Positions 34,154 through 44,475 of a DNA stretch of 64,000 nucleotides are shown in pieces. Origin of the DNA: Verrucomicrobiota bacterium (GTDB lineage: Bacteria; Verrucomicrobiota; Verrucomicrobiia; Limisphaerales; SXQI01); contig JANRLX010000071.1 of NCBI GenBank assembly GCA_033762115.1, positions 14,974 to 78,973 on the forward strand, read 5' to 3'. The position numbers were made by a program, and so were the translations under genes. A model generated the notes under the pieces. That model was not told the DNA's origin, did not search any database, and saw only the letters and a list, made by a program, of their open reading frames with translations. How positions within the stretch are numbered: position 1 is the first letter of the stretch; every line of letters begins with the position of its first letter.

Positions 34154-35767
34154 CTAGATCGGGCGATGGTGAATGGCTGCGTGGCACGCTGCAATAAACC
34201 CGCGAAACAACGGATGCGGCGCATTCTGTTTGCTTAAAAATTCCGGATGATACTGGCTGGCCATGAAGAAGGGATGGTCTTTTAGCTCGATCAACTCCAC
34301 CAGTTTCCCATCAGGCGAGGTGCCACTGAAAATGAATCCCGCTTCCTCGAATTGGGTGCGATAGGTGTTGTTGAACTCATATCGGTGACGATGCCGTTCA
34401 TTAATGACGAATGCACCATACAGCTGGGCAGCCCGACTTCCCACTGCCAATTGGCAAGGTTGCGCCCCCAGGCGCATCGAACCACCTTTCTTGGTCACCT
34501 TGCGCTGTTCATCCAGCAGGGCGATCACAGGATGCGGGGTGTCCGGTTCAAACTCCGTCGAATGCGCATCCTTCAAGCCCAGCACATTCCTGGCAAATTC
34601 AATTGTGGCAATTTGCATTCCAAGGCACAACCCGAGATAAGGAATTCGATGCTCCCGCGCGTACTGTGCAGCGAGGATTTTCCCTTCGATTCCCCGTTCT
34701 CCAAATCCCCCCGGCACGAGCAGCCCCCCCAATCCTTTCAGGACTTTTTCAGGACCGAATTTCTCCATTTCTTCGGCATCCACTTTCTCGATTTCAACCC
34801 CGCAATCGTTTGCCACTCCGCCATGGATCACTGCCTCATAAACTGATTTATAGGCATCGTTTAATTCAATATATTTACCGACCACCCCGATCCTTACCCG
34901 ATGCTGCGGAGCCACCAGTTTCCTGATGATTTCCTGCCAATGACTCATGTTGGCGGCAGGCGCATCCAGGCGCAAATGGGCGCAGACCAGGTCATCCAAC
35001 CGCTCTCTCTGAAGCATCAATGGAACTTCATAAATACTGTGATCGACATCTTTCTCCTCGATCACGGCTTCATAAGGCACATTGCAGAAAAGGCTCATTT
35101 TCTGCCGCAACTCCTTGTTAAGCGGTTGCTCACAACGACACACCAGGATATGCGGGGCAATTCCGATTTCACGCAATTTGGCCACTGACTGTTGCGTTGG
35201 CTTTGTCTTTAGCTCTCCTGCCGCCTTGATGAACGGCACATAAGTCACGTGAATGAACAGGACATTGTTGAGACCCGCGCCCAGGGCAAATTCCCTGATC
35301 GCTTCCAAAAATGGAAGGCCTTCAATGTCCCCGGTCGTCCCACCAATTTCCGTGATCAGAACATCCGCCGTGGAACTCTGGGTGATCTTGTGAATCCGGC
35401 CCTGGATTTCATCCGTCACATGCGGAATCACCTGGACTGTTTTCCCCAGGTAATCGCCACGCCGTTCCTTATCCAGGACAGTCTGGTAAACCTGCCCGCT
35501 GGTCAGATTATTGAAGCGTGTCAGTTTGGTGCTGGTAAATCGTTCGTAATGCCCAAGGTCAAGGTCCGTTTCGGCGCCATCGTCCAGCACATAAACTTCA
35601 CCATGCTGGTAAGGGCTCATTGTGCCGGGATCCACGTTAAGGTAGGGATCAAACTTCTGGAGCGAAACTTTCAACCCTCGGTTCTCCAATAAAGTTCCGA
35701 GCGCCGCCGCAGTCAGCCCTTTCCCAAGGGAACTGACGACTCCGCCTGTGACAAAAACGTACTTCAT
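34154..35767 (-). CDS. pyrG: CTP synthase
   Basis: [37 protein letters not shown]. Confidence 0.98.
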   Translation of the reverse strand: MKYVFVTGGVVSSLGKGLTAAALGTLLENRGLKVSLQKFDPYLNVDPGTMSPYQHGEVYVLDDGAETDLDLGHYERFTSTKLTRFNNLTSGQVYQTVLDKERRGDYLGKTVQVIPHVTDEIQGRIHKITQSSTADVLITEIGGTTGDIEGLPFLEAIREFALGAGLNNVLFIHVTYVPFIKAAGELKTKPTQQSVAKLREIGIAPHILVCRCEQPLNKELRQKMSLFCNVPYEAVIEEKDVDHSIYEVPLMLQRERLDDLVCAHLRLDAPAANMSHWQEIIRKLVAPQHRVRIGVVGKYIELNDAYKSVYEAVIHGGVANDCGVEIEKVDAEEMEKFGPEKVLKGLGGLLVPGGFGERGIEGKILAAQYAREHRIPYLGLCLGMQIATIEFARNVLGLKDAHSTEFEPDTPHPVIALLDEQRKVTKKGGSMRLGAQPCQLAVGSRAAQLYGAFVINERHRHRYEFNNTYRTQFEEAGFIFSGTSPDGKLVELIELKDHPFFMASQYHPEFLSKQNAPHPLFRGFIAACHAAIHHRPI

Positions 35768-36501
35768 TGTGTTAAAAGCTTTTCCACCCGGATGACATCT
35801 TCCGGGACATCCACTCCCACGCTGTTGTAATCAACTGTGATTACCTGAATTCGAATCCCGTTCTCCAATGCCCTCAATTGCTCAAGTTTCTCGGCATCTT
35901 CCAGGCGGGAAACAGGCTGCTTTACCAGATCCAAGAGCGTTTCGCGCCGGTATCCATAAATCCCCAGATGTTTCAAAAATGGGAAAGCCGTCATCTGTTC
36001 CCGCCCTGGACGATTGGCGGCATCCCGCAAATAAGGAATCGTTCGCCGTGAGAAATATAACGCTGCTCCCCTGATATCCACAACGACTTTCACAACATTT
36101 GGGCTCTCGAACTCCTCCAGTGTGCGAATCAGGGTGGCTGCAGTGGACATTTCCGAATTTTCCAGGGCCTTTGCCACCTGGTCGATCACTGTGGGATCAA
36201 TCAATGGCTCATCTCCCTGGATATTGACGAAGCCGTCACCCTGAAGCCTGCTGGCAACCTCAGCAATCCGGTCAGTTCCACTCGGGTGATCCACCCGGGT
36301 CATCTCCACGCGGCACCAGTTTCGGGCCGCCTCTCGGATTCGTTCATCATCGGTTGCCACCACCACCTCAGCCAGTGACCGCGCTTTCTGGCACTGCTCA
36401 ACCACCCGTTGAAGGAGCGGTTTCCCGGAAATCAATGCCAGCGGTTTCCCCGGAAAACGGGTTGAGGCATAACGCGCAGGAATGATTCCGATCTGTTTCA
36501 T
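35764..36501 (-). CDS. kdsB: CMP-Kdo synthetase
   Basis: [32 protein letters not shown]. Confidence 0.96.
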   Translation of the reverse strand: MKQIGIIPARYASTRFPGKPLALISGKPLLQRVVEQCQKARSLAEVVVATDDERIREAARNWCRVEMTRVDHPSGTDRIAEVASRLQGDGFVNIQGDEPLIDPTVIDQVAKALENSEMSTAATLIRTLEEFESPNVVKVVVDIRGAALYFSRRTIPYLRDAANRPGREQMTAFPFLKHLGIYGYRRETLLDLVKQPVSRLEDAEKLEQLRALENGIRIQVITVDYNSVGVDVPEDVIRVEKLLTQ

Positions 36502-37043
36502 GATAGCGTTCCCAAAATGTGCTCGATGGCCGCAGGCAAATCATCCTCTACTTGAACCCTGCCTTGCTGCGTCATTTTCTTTTCCTGCACCGCGCCATAT
36601 CCGGTTCGCACCAGATAAGAGGCTTTGACCCCGGCATTGATCCCACACTCGATATCGATCAATTTATCTCCAATCATGAAACTTTCAGAGAGGTCGATTC
36701 CAAACTGATCCCGCGCCTGGAAAAGAAAATAGGGGGATGGTTTCCGGCCCAGGCTCGGTTGATCCGGCGCTTCAGGGGCGACATAGATTGCAGTAAACTT
36801 TACCCCTTCCACCCCGCATTCGCTGGCAATATGGCCATGAACTTTCTCAACATCATTCATCGAGAAGTAACCGCGCCCCACACCTGACTGGTTTGTCACC
36901 ATAATCAGCAGGAAACCGGTGTTTTGCGCTTTTTTTAAAGCGATGATAACTCCCGGGAAAAACCGGACATCTTCCGCCTTGTGCAGGTAATCTGCGTCAT
37001 GAATCAGGGTGCCGTCTCGGTCCAGAAAAATGGCTCGCTTCAT
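36498..37043 (-). CDS. gmhB: D,D-heptose 1,7-bisphosphate phosphatase (HAD IIIA)
   Basis: FLDRDGTL, VTNQSG, RKP, MIGDK; start at ATG 37043. Confidence 0.88.
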   Translation of the reverse strand: MKRAIFLDRDGTLIHDADYLHKAEDVRFFPGVIIALKKAQNTGFLLIMVTNQSGVGRGYFSMNDVEKVHGHIASECGVEGVKFTAIYVAPEAPDQPSLGRKPSPYFLFQARDQFGIDLSESFMIGDKLIDIECGINAGVKASYLVRTGYGAVQEKKMTQQGRVQVEDDLPAAIEHILGTLS

Positions 37044-37044
37044 T

Positions 37045-38049
37045 TCAGGAAAAACTCGCCAGCAATTCTTCCGGCGAAACACACGCCGTGCCAACCTTCC
37101 CAACCACTACTCCGGCTGCATGATTGGAAAATATGGCCGCCTCTATCGGAGAAGCTCCGGCGGCAATCGCCAGGGTAAAAGAGGCGATCACCGTGTCCCC
37201 TGCCCCCGAAACATCAAAGACTTCCTGCGCAACAGTTGGAATGTGAAAAGGGGCTGTTCCCCTTCGGCAGAGTAACATTCCCTGCTCTCCCAGGGTGACT
37301 AACAGCAACGCTGGTTGCAACTCTTCAAGCAATTTCTCCGCGACAGACATCAAAGCCTTATCCTGCAACGGTTCCGGGCCCCTGGAATGATCCTCCACTC
37401 CGGCCAGTTCGAATGCTTCCTTGCGATTCGGAGTGATTAAAGAAAGACCTTTCAGGTTCAGATGATGCACAGGCTTCGGATCGAGGCTCAGCCAAACACC
37501 ACGCGTTCGACAAAGGACCCTTAATTCATCAAGCAATTCCTGAGAAACGACCCCTTTCCCATAATCACCAATGATCAGGGCGTCCGCCCCGGCCAGCCCT
37601 TCCTCCACTAATGTTAGGAGGCGGCGGATCGTTTTTCTGTCCAGCGGGCGAACATCCTCCCGGTCAACCCGCACCAGTTGCTGCTGATGGGCAATAATCC
37701 GGGTCTTGATGCTGGTTGGTTTGCCAGCAATACCCACAATTCCGGCGCATCCCACGTTTTGCGCTTTGAGCAGCTTTTTTAATTGCGTTGCAAACTCATC
37801 CCGCCCGACCACTCCAAACATCTCCGCTGTGCCCTGTAGTGAAGTGAGATTTCGCGCCACATTCGCGGCACCGCCTGGCATGAAGGATTCCCTGTTGAAC
37901 TCCACCACAGGCACCGGCGCTTCCGGTGAAATGCGGCGGACATTTCCCCAAAGAAATTGATCGAGCATTAAATCCCCCAGCACCAGGATCCGGGTGCTGC
38001 GGGCTCGTTCCAATAATTGGCTGACCTGGCGGCGCGAAAGATTTTTCAT
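37045..38049 (-). CDS. rfaE1: Heptose-7-phosphate kinase (RfaE domain I / HldA, stand-alone)
   Basis: [30 protein letters not shown]; no cytidylyltransferase domain. Confidence 0.92.
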   Translation of the reverse strand: MKNLSRRQVSQLLERARSTRILVLGDLMLDQFLWGNVRRISPEAPVPVVEFNRESFMPGGAANVARNLTSLQGTAEMFGVVGRDEFATQLKKLLKAQNVGCAGIVGIAGKPTSIKTRIIAHQQQLVRVDREDVRPLDRKTIRRLLTLVEEGLAGADALIIGDYGKGVVSQELLDELRVLCRTRGVWLSLDPKPVHHLNLKGLSLITPNRKEAFELAGVEDHSRGPEPLQDKALMSVAEKLLEELQPALLLVTLGEQGMLLCRRGTAPFHIPTVAQEVFDVSGAGDTVIASFTLAIAAGASPIEAAIFSNHAAGVVVGKVGTACVSPEELLASFS

Positions 38050-38837
38050 GAATCAAGGAAACCTGTCAGTGGGCTGGTCGGGTTTGCGGTCCATTGGGGG
38101 GCTTGCAATCCCACCACGTATGCCTCTCGCCCTGCCTCGACAGCTTTTGCAAAGGCAACCGCCATTCGGTTCGGGTCCGCTGCCACGGCAATCGCTGTAT
38201 TGATCAGCACTGCGTCCGCACCAAGCTCCATGGCCTCAGCGGCATGACTCGGAGCCCCCAACCCGGCATCCACGACCACCGGTACCGTTGCCTGCTCAAT
38301 GATGATTCGTATCTGCCCACGGGCCTCAACGCCACGGTTGGACCCGATTGGAGAACCGAGCGGCATCACCGTAGCGCTTCCCGCCTCCTGCAAACGTTTG
38401 GCCAGCACCGGATCAGCGTTGATATAAGGCAGGACGGTAAACCCCTCCCTCACCAGTATCTCAGTTGCTTTTAATGTTTCGATGGGATCGGGCAGGAGGT
38501 AACGCGGGTCAGGGTGAATCTCAAGCTTGACCCATTTCGGCAGGCCTGCTGCCGCTGCAAGCCGGGCGAGGCGAACGGCCTCTTCAGCATTCATGGCCCC
38601 GCTCGTGTTCGGCAAAATCAAAAATCGTTTGGGATCGATGTATTCAAGGATATTCGCAAACGGATCCTTTTTCCCTGTTAAATCAGCACGTCTTAATGCA
38701 ACTGTCACAATTTCACTGCCACTGGCTTCTAGAGCGGAACGCATTGCCTCCGGCGCGGAAAATTTACCCGTTCCCACGAGCAGCCTCGAGGAAAACTCAC
38801 GACCAGCGATGACCAGCTTGCGATCCAGAGAAAACAT
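38046..38837 (-). CDS. thiG: Thiazole synthase
   Basis: [37 protein letters not shown]. Confidence 0.96.
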   Translation of the reverse strand: MFSLDRKLVIAGREFSSRLLVGTGKFSAPEAMRSALEASGSEIVTVALRRADLTGKKDPFANILEYIDPKRFLILPNTSGAMNAEEAVRLARLAAAAGLPKWVKLEIHPDPRYLLPDPIETLKATEILVREGFTVLPYINADPVLAKRLQEAGSATVMPLGSPIGSNRGVEARGQIRIIIEQATVPVVVDAGLGAPSHAAEAMELGADAVLINTAIAVAADPNRMAVAFAKAVEAGREAYVVGLQAPQWTANPTSPLTGFLDS

Positions 38838-38901
38838 TGGAGAAAATATTACTGATACGAACGGCTGTGATGCAATCCCGGAACTGGATCAGGGTGCCCA
38901 T

Positions 38902-38934
38902 AAAAAGAAAGGACAGGCCAATGCCTGTCCTTCC
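38902..38934 (-). terminator. Terminator after second DUF883 gene
   Basis: AAGGACAGGC-ATTG-GCCTGTCCTT hairpin then T-rich tail on minus strand. Confidence 0.75.
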
Positions 38935-38959
38935 ACAATTTTTAATTGAACCGTTATGC

Positions 38960-39202
38960 TTACCGGCGGCTGCTCATGAGATAACCAATAACCAGCCCCA
39001 CTCCGGCAGCAATGCCCAATGCTGTCCACGGATTTTCATGGACATATTCATCTGTTGTGGTGGCAGCTTCCCTGGTTTTGTCCATGATCGCCCGTTGAAG
39101 GTCCGCGAGGGAATATTGCCCCGTCCGCACCCCTTCTTCAATTTGATCTGCAATCGATTCCACAGGATCATTCAAATCTGATTCAATCCGGCCAGTATTC
39201 AT
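38960..39202 (-). CDS. DUF883/ElaB/YqjD family protein (second paralogue)
   Basis: DEYVHENPWTALGIAAGVGLVIGYLMSSRR; AAGGAG RBS upstream. Confidence 0.88.
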   Translation of the reverse strand: MNTGRIESDLNDPVESIADQIEEGVRTGQYSLADLQRAIMDKTREAATTTDEYVHENPWTALGIAAGVGLVIGYLMSSRR

Positions 39203-39252
39203 GTAAAAATCTCCTTTCAAGTTAAGCTAAACATCACCCCGTGTACATGGAA

Positions 39253-39292
39253 TCAGGCATTCCCCCTAAAATTTCTTAGGGAGAATGCCTTG
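39253..39292. promoter_or_regulatory. Paired inverted 16-bp boxes with 8-nt spacer (could also be a terminator hairpin)
   Basis: TCAGGCATTCCCCCTA-AAATTTCT-TAGGGAGAATGCCTTG upstream of the DUF883 gene. Confidence 0.5.
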
Positions 39293-39306
39293 AAACCACC
39301 CATCGG

Positions 39307-39561
39307 TCAGACCGTCCGTCTGCCTGCCACCATGCGATACAAGGCCAGGAGAATGATCGCACCCACAACCGATGCGATAAAACCTGCGGGTTCTCCTTCC
39401 GCGTACCAACCCATTCCACGGCCTATTGCATGTGCAAGGAATGCGCCAGCAATACCGAGAAGACTCGTAATGATGAACCCACCGGGATCACGTCCTGGCA
39501 TAAGGAACTTCGCTACGATGCCGACTAGCAAACCAATCAATAATGTCCAAACTAATTCCAT
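39307..39561 (-). CDS. GlsB/YeaQ/YmgE transglycosylase-associated membrane protein
   Basis: IGLLVGIVAKFLMPGRDPGG..SVVGAIILL; start at ATG 39561 with RBS. Confidence 0.9.
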   Translation of the reverse strand: MELVWTLLIGLLVGIVAKFLMPGRDPGGFIITSLLGIAGAFLAHAIGRGMGWYAEGEPAGFIASVVGAIILLALYRMVAGRRTV

Positions 39562-39748
39562 ATGTTCTCCTTTTCCTACCTGTTGCACCATCAGCCCGAA
39601 AAAGGTCTTCAACAAGACAGAGCAGGGCTGTTTCCCCCTTCCTCTTCGGTCATCATCACCGGGTAAGGGATTTTCCCAATAAACAACCCACTGGAACGGC
39701 TTCATTCTTGCGCAGAACAGCCAATTTGTTTCTCATTCGTCCCGTCCT

Positions 39749-41131
39749 ATGCCTTTAAACCAAGCTTTGCTCACTCAATTCCGTCAACTCCTCGGCGCGG
39801 AGAACGTGCTGACCTCGCCCGAAGATCTGATTCCTTACTCGTTTGACGGTACCGCCGCTCTGAGCCAACTCCCGGCGGCGGTTCTTTTTGTTCAAACTGC
39901 AGTTCAGATCGCGGAAATCCTGAAAACCGCCAACAGCCATCACATTGCGGTTGTCACTCGCGGTTCCGGAACCGGGTTGAGCGGCGGCAGCATTCCTTCC
40001 AGGGACTGCATCGTCCTATGCACCGTCAAAATGGACAAAATTCTGGAAGTCGATAAAGCCAATCTTACCCTTCTCGCCGAGCCTGGCGTCACCACAATTA
40101 AAATTGCAGAAGCTGCTGCGGAAGCTGGTCTTTTTTACCCCCCGGATCCCGGCTCCATGCGCATCTCGACCATTGGCGGCAACGTGGCCGAGAACTCTGG
40201 TGGACTTCGCGGACTTAAATATGGGGTCACCCGCAATTATGTCATGGGACTGGAGATCGTGCTTCCCACCGGTGAACTGATGTTCCTCGGGAATAAATGT
40301 GTCAAGGATGTGGCTGGCTACTCTCTAAAGGATGTGTTCATTGGCTCGGAAGGCACCCTGGGAGTCATCACCAAAGTCCTGCTTCGCCTGATTCCCGCAC
40401 CGCAGTGCAAAAAAACAATGGTCGCGACCTTCTCACAGATGGACCATGCTGCCGATACCGTCTCCGCAATTATCACTGCCCGGATCATTCCCTGCACCCT
40501 CGAGTTTCTTGACCGCACAACCATTCATTGCGTGGAGGATTATGCCAAAATCGGCCTGCCCCTGGATTGCGAAGCGCTCCTTTTGATTGAAACAGATGGA
40601 CATCCTGCTGTGGTGGCGGAGGAAGCTGCGGCCATGGAACGGATTTGCCGTGAAAGGGGCTGCCTTCAGGTCATCGTCGCCAGGGATGATGCAGAAGCCA
40701 CTCGGCTGGCCAGCGCCCGGCGCACCGCCTTTTCAGCGCTTGCCCGTGTTTCGCCCACAACCATTCTGGAGGATGCCACTGTGCCTCGAAGTGAACTCGC
40801 CAAAATGATTCGTTACGTGGAGCAAATTGCAAAAAAATATAACCTTCGTATTGGCACCTTTGGCCATATGGGAGATGGGAATCTTCACCCGACATTCCTG
40901 ACTGATGAGCGGAACAAGGAGGAAATGCACAGGGTCGAGGAAGCTTTTAAGGAAATTTTTGCGGAAGCCATCCGCCTGGGAGGCACCATCACAGGCGAAC
41001 ATGGGATTGGGCTGGCGAAGAAATCATTCCTTCCCTCGTTTGCGGGGGAGGCTCAAATGCGAGTCATGCGCGAACTTCGCCACGCTCTGGACCCACACGA
41101 TATTCTCAATCCAGGGAAGATGTTTGACTAG
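39749..41131 (+). CDS. glcD: FAD-linked oxidase, glycolate oxidase subunit GlcD-like
   Basis: RGSGTGLSGG, PPDPGS, GSEGTLG, GHMGDGNLH, GEHGIG, LNPGK. Confidence 0.85.
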   Translation: MPLNQALLTQFRQLLGAENVLTSPEDLIPYSFDGTAALSQLPAAVLFVQTAVQIAEILKTANSHHIAVVTRGSGTGLSGGSIPSRDCIVLCTVKMDKILEVDKANLTLLAEPGVTTIKIAEAAAEAGLFYPPDPGSMRISTIGGNVAENSGGLRGLKYGVTRNYVMGLEIVLPTGELMFLGNKCVKDVAGYSLKDVFIGSEGTLGVITKVLLRLIPAPQCKKTMVATFSQMDHAADTVSAIITARIIPCTLEFLDRTTIHCVEDYAKIGLPLDCEALLLIETDGHPAVVAEEAAAMERICRERGCLQVIVARDDAEATRLASARRTAFSALARVSPTTILEDATVPRSELAKMIRYVEQIAKKYNLRIGTFGHMGDGNLHPTFLTDERNKEEMHRVEEAFKEIFAEAIRLGGTITGEHGIGLAKKSFLPSFAGEAQMRVMRELRHALDPHDILNPGKMFD

Positions 41132-41294
41132 AAGTCATCTCATAAATGGACAACTTGCGAATCGCCAGGGATTTTAGCCGGATGCGAGGCGCGACGAAGG
41201 AGCATATCCGCAGCGATCTGTAACTGAGGAGCAACGAAGCAGCCGGTTAAAATCCCCGCAAGGCGCTGCTTGGACATTTATGAGATGGCTTCTA
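41129..41294. mobile_element. 166-bp MITE/ERIC-like palindromic element
   Basis: 20-bp terminal inverted repeats (19/20 match) beginning and ending in TA; inner 14-bp IR 41168-41181/41243-41256; no ORF. Confidence 0.75.
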
Positions 41295-42620
41295 AACCGA
41301 ACAGGGCGCCATGACGGCATCTTTCATTCCATGAATGATTTTTTTATCAGCCGGGCAAATCGTCGCCAGCACTCCGCATAATTGCGCGCGGGCATTGTCC
41401 CCTTCCCCTTTGACAAAATAGTAGGGACATAACCGCACCCGCCCAGCCATTTCCACTTCGCTGTTGCTCGCGAAATCAAACCAGTACGAGGGCACACTCT
41501 TCGGTTTGTGATAACGTTGCAGCACGTACGGACGGGTTTCGAATTCCTTTAATGCCCGGTCCACCGCGTCACTCCATTCGGCCGTCGATAGATCACTTCC
41601 CAACGACACGCTTCGCGCTCCCCAGGCCGTTTCTGAGAACCCGGAAATTTTAATAATCAAATCGCGCTCTTTTTGAGATAAGTTTTTTAATTCGTTCCAA
41701 TTCGTCAATTCCAGGCCGGGAATTGCTCCCTGCGGGGGAAGCGGAGCCGGGTCCATCACCCAGGTCTGCGGCACGATGCTTTGCAATCTTCGCAGGAATG
41801 AGTCCCCTAAATCCTGTCGCCAAAACTGCCGAAGATTCCGGTTCCAGAGCAAAGCAAAGAGCATCTTCTCTTCAAAAAACGATTTGGGCGGCGGCGTCAG
41901 GGTGACTTGTCCCTGTTCCGCAGCTTTGAAAATCGGCAGGGCGGATGGCACATTCGCAATGTCAAACAGCTCAAAAAACCTGTAAATCGCGTCACCTTCC
42001 TTCCATCCACTGAAATCAGCATACTGAACGGCAAAGCGTCGCCCTCCTTTATGTGAATTTAACTGCTCGGTTAGCCATTCCATTTCTGGGCGGTACGTTG
42101 CCGACTCTTCTGAAATGACCATCTGCACAGTGGGTGCCTTCCCAAAAATTGAATCAAACCCCTCAATCATCCCCTCAGCGCCGCCAATGATGGCCCAGCC
42201 AGCGGACGGGGCATTGGCGTAAGCCTGGTTAAGCCACGCAGTCAATCCGATACCACCCGGAACACTGTCCAGTTCCGTGATGCTGATCCCATTTTCAGTT
42301 AATAAAATGTCCGGGCGGATTACCCGCGGCAGGTCATTCCTGAACCCGGCAGATTGTTGCAGTTCCAATAGCCAGGCTGGCTTTCCCCGATTCAGCCATT
42401 CCGCCACCCAGGAGGGCTGTTTTCCTGAAAGGCTGTGCCGGTAGAGAAGGTTGGATGCCTTGTAAAACTGCAACAGGACACGGCCAAGAGATTCCAATTC
42501 CCCCGCCAGTTTTTCTCCCAGGGGAAAAGGCCGGGTGGAAACTCGCCAATCCTTGCCATCAAATAACCCATTCTCCGGGAACTGTTCCCGGACATGACGC
42601 GCAATTTGTAGCAGCTGCAT
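41292..42620 (-). CDS. Uncharacterised ATP-grasp-like (Gsp synthetase/circularly permuted type) protein
   Basis: RPDILL..ITELDSVPGG, LIIKISG, YVLQRY; AAGGAGG RBS at proA stop. Confidence 0.65.
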   Translation of the reverse strand: MQLLQIARHVREQFPENGLFDGKDWRVSTRPFPLGEKLAGELESLGRVLLQFYKASNLLYRHSLSGKQPSWVAEWLNRGKPAWLLELQQSAGFRNDLPRVIRPDILLTENGISITELDSVPGGIGLTAWLNQAYANAPSAGWAIIGGAEGMIEGFDSIFGKAPTVQMVISEESATYRPEMEWLTEQLNSHKGGRRFAVQYADFSGWKEGDAIYRFFELFDIANVPSALPIFKAAEQGQVTLTPPPKSFFEEKMLFALLWNRNLRQFWRQDLGDSFLRRLQSIVPQTWVMDPAPLPPQGAIPGLELTNWNELKNLSQKERDLIIKISGFSETAWGARSVSLGSDLSTAEWSDAVDRALKEFETRPYVLQRYHKPKSVPSYWFDFASNSEVEMAGRVRLCPYYFVKGEGDNARAQLCGVLATICPADKKIIHGMKDAVMAPCSV

Positions 42621-42627
42621 TTCCTCC

Positions 42628-43911
42628 TTACTGCCGAATCTGTCCGGTCCCAATCCCGAGCCATTTATAAGAGGTCAATTCTTCCAGTCCCATCGGACCT
42701 CGGGCTCCGATTTTGTCGGTGCTGATCCCGATCTCCGCTCCCATCCCATATTCCCCTCCATCAGTGAATCGTGTCGAAGCGTTCCAATAAACCGTTGCGC
42801 TGTCCACTTCGGCTAGGAAGCGACGGGCTTTTTCCTCGTCAGCAGTCACGATGCAATCCGAATGTGCCGAACCATACTGGTTGATATGATTGATCGCCTC
42901 ATCCAGGCCACCGACAATCCTCACATTCAGGATGTAATCGTTATATTCTGTGCTCCAGTCGCTTTCGGTTGCAGGACGAATTTTCAATCCGGCGGGAGAC
43001 TTTCCTGCAAGCAACGCTTCCGTGCCTTTATCCACATGGAGTTCGACTCCTTTTTCAGATAGACGTTCGACGATGGACGGCAAAAATTTTGGGGCGATCG
43101 CGTTGTCCAGGAGCAATGTTTCCATCGCATTGCAAACCGCAGGTCGCTGGACTTTTGCGTTCATGGCAATCTGTTCTGCCATTCCCAGATCAGCCTCCCC
43201 ATCCACATACACATGGCAAACACCCTTGTAATGCTTGATCACAGGCACTTTCGAACATTCAGTGACCGCGCGGATTAAACCTTCACCGCCGCGGGGCATA
43301 CAAAGATCAACCAACTCAGTCAATGAAAGCAATTCACGGATCGCTTCCCGGTCCGTGGTTTGGACCACCTGAATCGCATGCGCCGGAAATTTCGGGAGGA
43401 ACTTTCTTGCGGCAGTCACCATCATCTCCGCAATGACCTGATTTGAGTGGATCGCTTCCTTCCCGCCGCGCAAAATTGTCGCGTTGCCCGATTTCAGGCA
43501 GAGACTGGCTGCATCCGCAGTCACATTCGGCCGGGACTCGTAAATGATGACCACCACGCCAATGGGGACTGACACCTTGGTCAGTTTCAATCCATTGGGG
43601 CGCACTCGTTGATCAAGGACTCTCCCGACCGGATCATTCAGCGCGGCCACTTCCCTCAACCCTTTTGCCATGCTCGCGACCCGTTTTTCATCCAGCTTCA
43701 AGCGATCCAGCATCGCTCCTGAAAGTCCTGAGTTTGTTGCAAACTCCATATCCTTCAGGTTTGCAGATCGAATGGAGTCCAATCCATTCTCCAGAGCGGA
43801 AGCCATCGCCAGCAGACAACCATTTTTCTCCGCGGTTGTCAGCTTTGCCAGTTCGCGCGAGGCATTCTTCGCCTGTCGAGCCAGCTGCTGCATCTCCTCT
43901 TTCAAACTCAT
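42628..43911 (-). CDS. proA: Gamma-glutamyl phosphate reductase
   Basis: IYESRPNVT, CNAMETLL, NASTRFTDG, ARGPMGL. Confidence 0.97.
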   Translation of the reverse strand: MSLKEEMQQLARQAKNASRELAKLTTAEKNGCLLAMASALENGLDSIRSANLKDMEFATNSGLSGAMLDRLKLDEKRVASMAKGLREVAALNDPVGRVLDQRVRPNGLKLTKVSVPIGVVVIIYESRPNVTADAASLCLKSGNATILRGGKEAIHSNQVIAEMMVTAARKFLPKFPAHAIQVVQTTDREAIRELLSLTELVDLCMPRGGEGLIRAVTECSKVPVIKHYKGVCHVYVDGEADLGMAEQIAMNAKVQRPAVCNAMETLLLDNAIAPKFLPSIVERLSEKGVELHVDKGTEALLAGKSPAGLKIRPATESDWSTEYNDYILNVRIVGGLDEAINHINQYGSAHSDCIVTADEEKARRFLAEVDSATVYWNASTRFTDGGEYGMGAEIGISTDKIGARGPMGLEELTSYKWLGIGTGQIRQ

Positions 43912-43986
43912 GGGTCGAATCTAATCAATTCAAGTGAAATGAAAAGCTGGAACGAATTTCTTTGGATCTGCCTTCGATCTCAATGT

Positions 43987-44433
43987 TTAGGCAAGCAGAT
44001 GCCCCGGAGCAACTTCAATCAAGTCAGCAAGATGGGACGGGATCGCTGTCGATGTCAGGCTGCCATCCCGTTGATGAGCAACACAGCAAACAATCAGTTC
44101 CCCCTGGGCAATGTCTGCGACCGTTCGCCCACCCTGGAGTTTATGGAATTTAAACAACAAATGCAGGACTTTGCTTTTCTTCTCCTTAACGAGCAGATGG
44201 GTTTCGAATTCATCTTCGAATTTTAGTGGACGCTTATAATCGCAACTCGCATGAACACGTGGAAAGCCAAGAGGTGGATCCAATTGATCAAGAATCACCG
44301 AGAAACCAAGGGAGCGGTAAAACGCATGCTCCGCAGATTCCATGTAATAAAAAAAATTCGCGAAATGAACAATGCCTGCCATGTCTGTTTCCGAAAACTC
44401 CACCCGGCGGATCGTCTTGAACTCGAAACCCAT
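43987..44433 (-). CDS. Acyl-CoA thioesterase (YbgC/4HBT hotdog)
   Basis: RVEFSETDMAGIVHFANF motif. Confidence 0.9.
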   Translation of the reverse strand: MGFEFKTIRRVEFSETDMAGIVHFANFFYYMESAEHAFYRSLGFSVILDQLDPPLGFPRVHASCDYKRPLKFEDEFETHLLVKEKKSKVLHLLFKFHKLQGGRTVADIAQGELIVCCVAHQRDGSLTSTAIPSHLADLIEVAPGHLLA

Positions 44434-44475
44434 ATCCAAAGTTAAAAGAGGCAGCCATGCCGCTCAATGAGAATA

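Noticed and set aside
38838..38900. CCTGATCCAG upstream of thiG suggesting a TPP riboswitch
   Set aside because: Lacks the CTGAGA and TAAT..C.GCG.AGG elements and space is too short
39749..41131. glcD without glcE/glcF as a novel feature
   Set aside because: Scattered or orphan GlcD-like oxidases are common; partners may lie elsewhere
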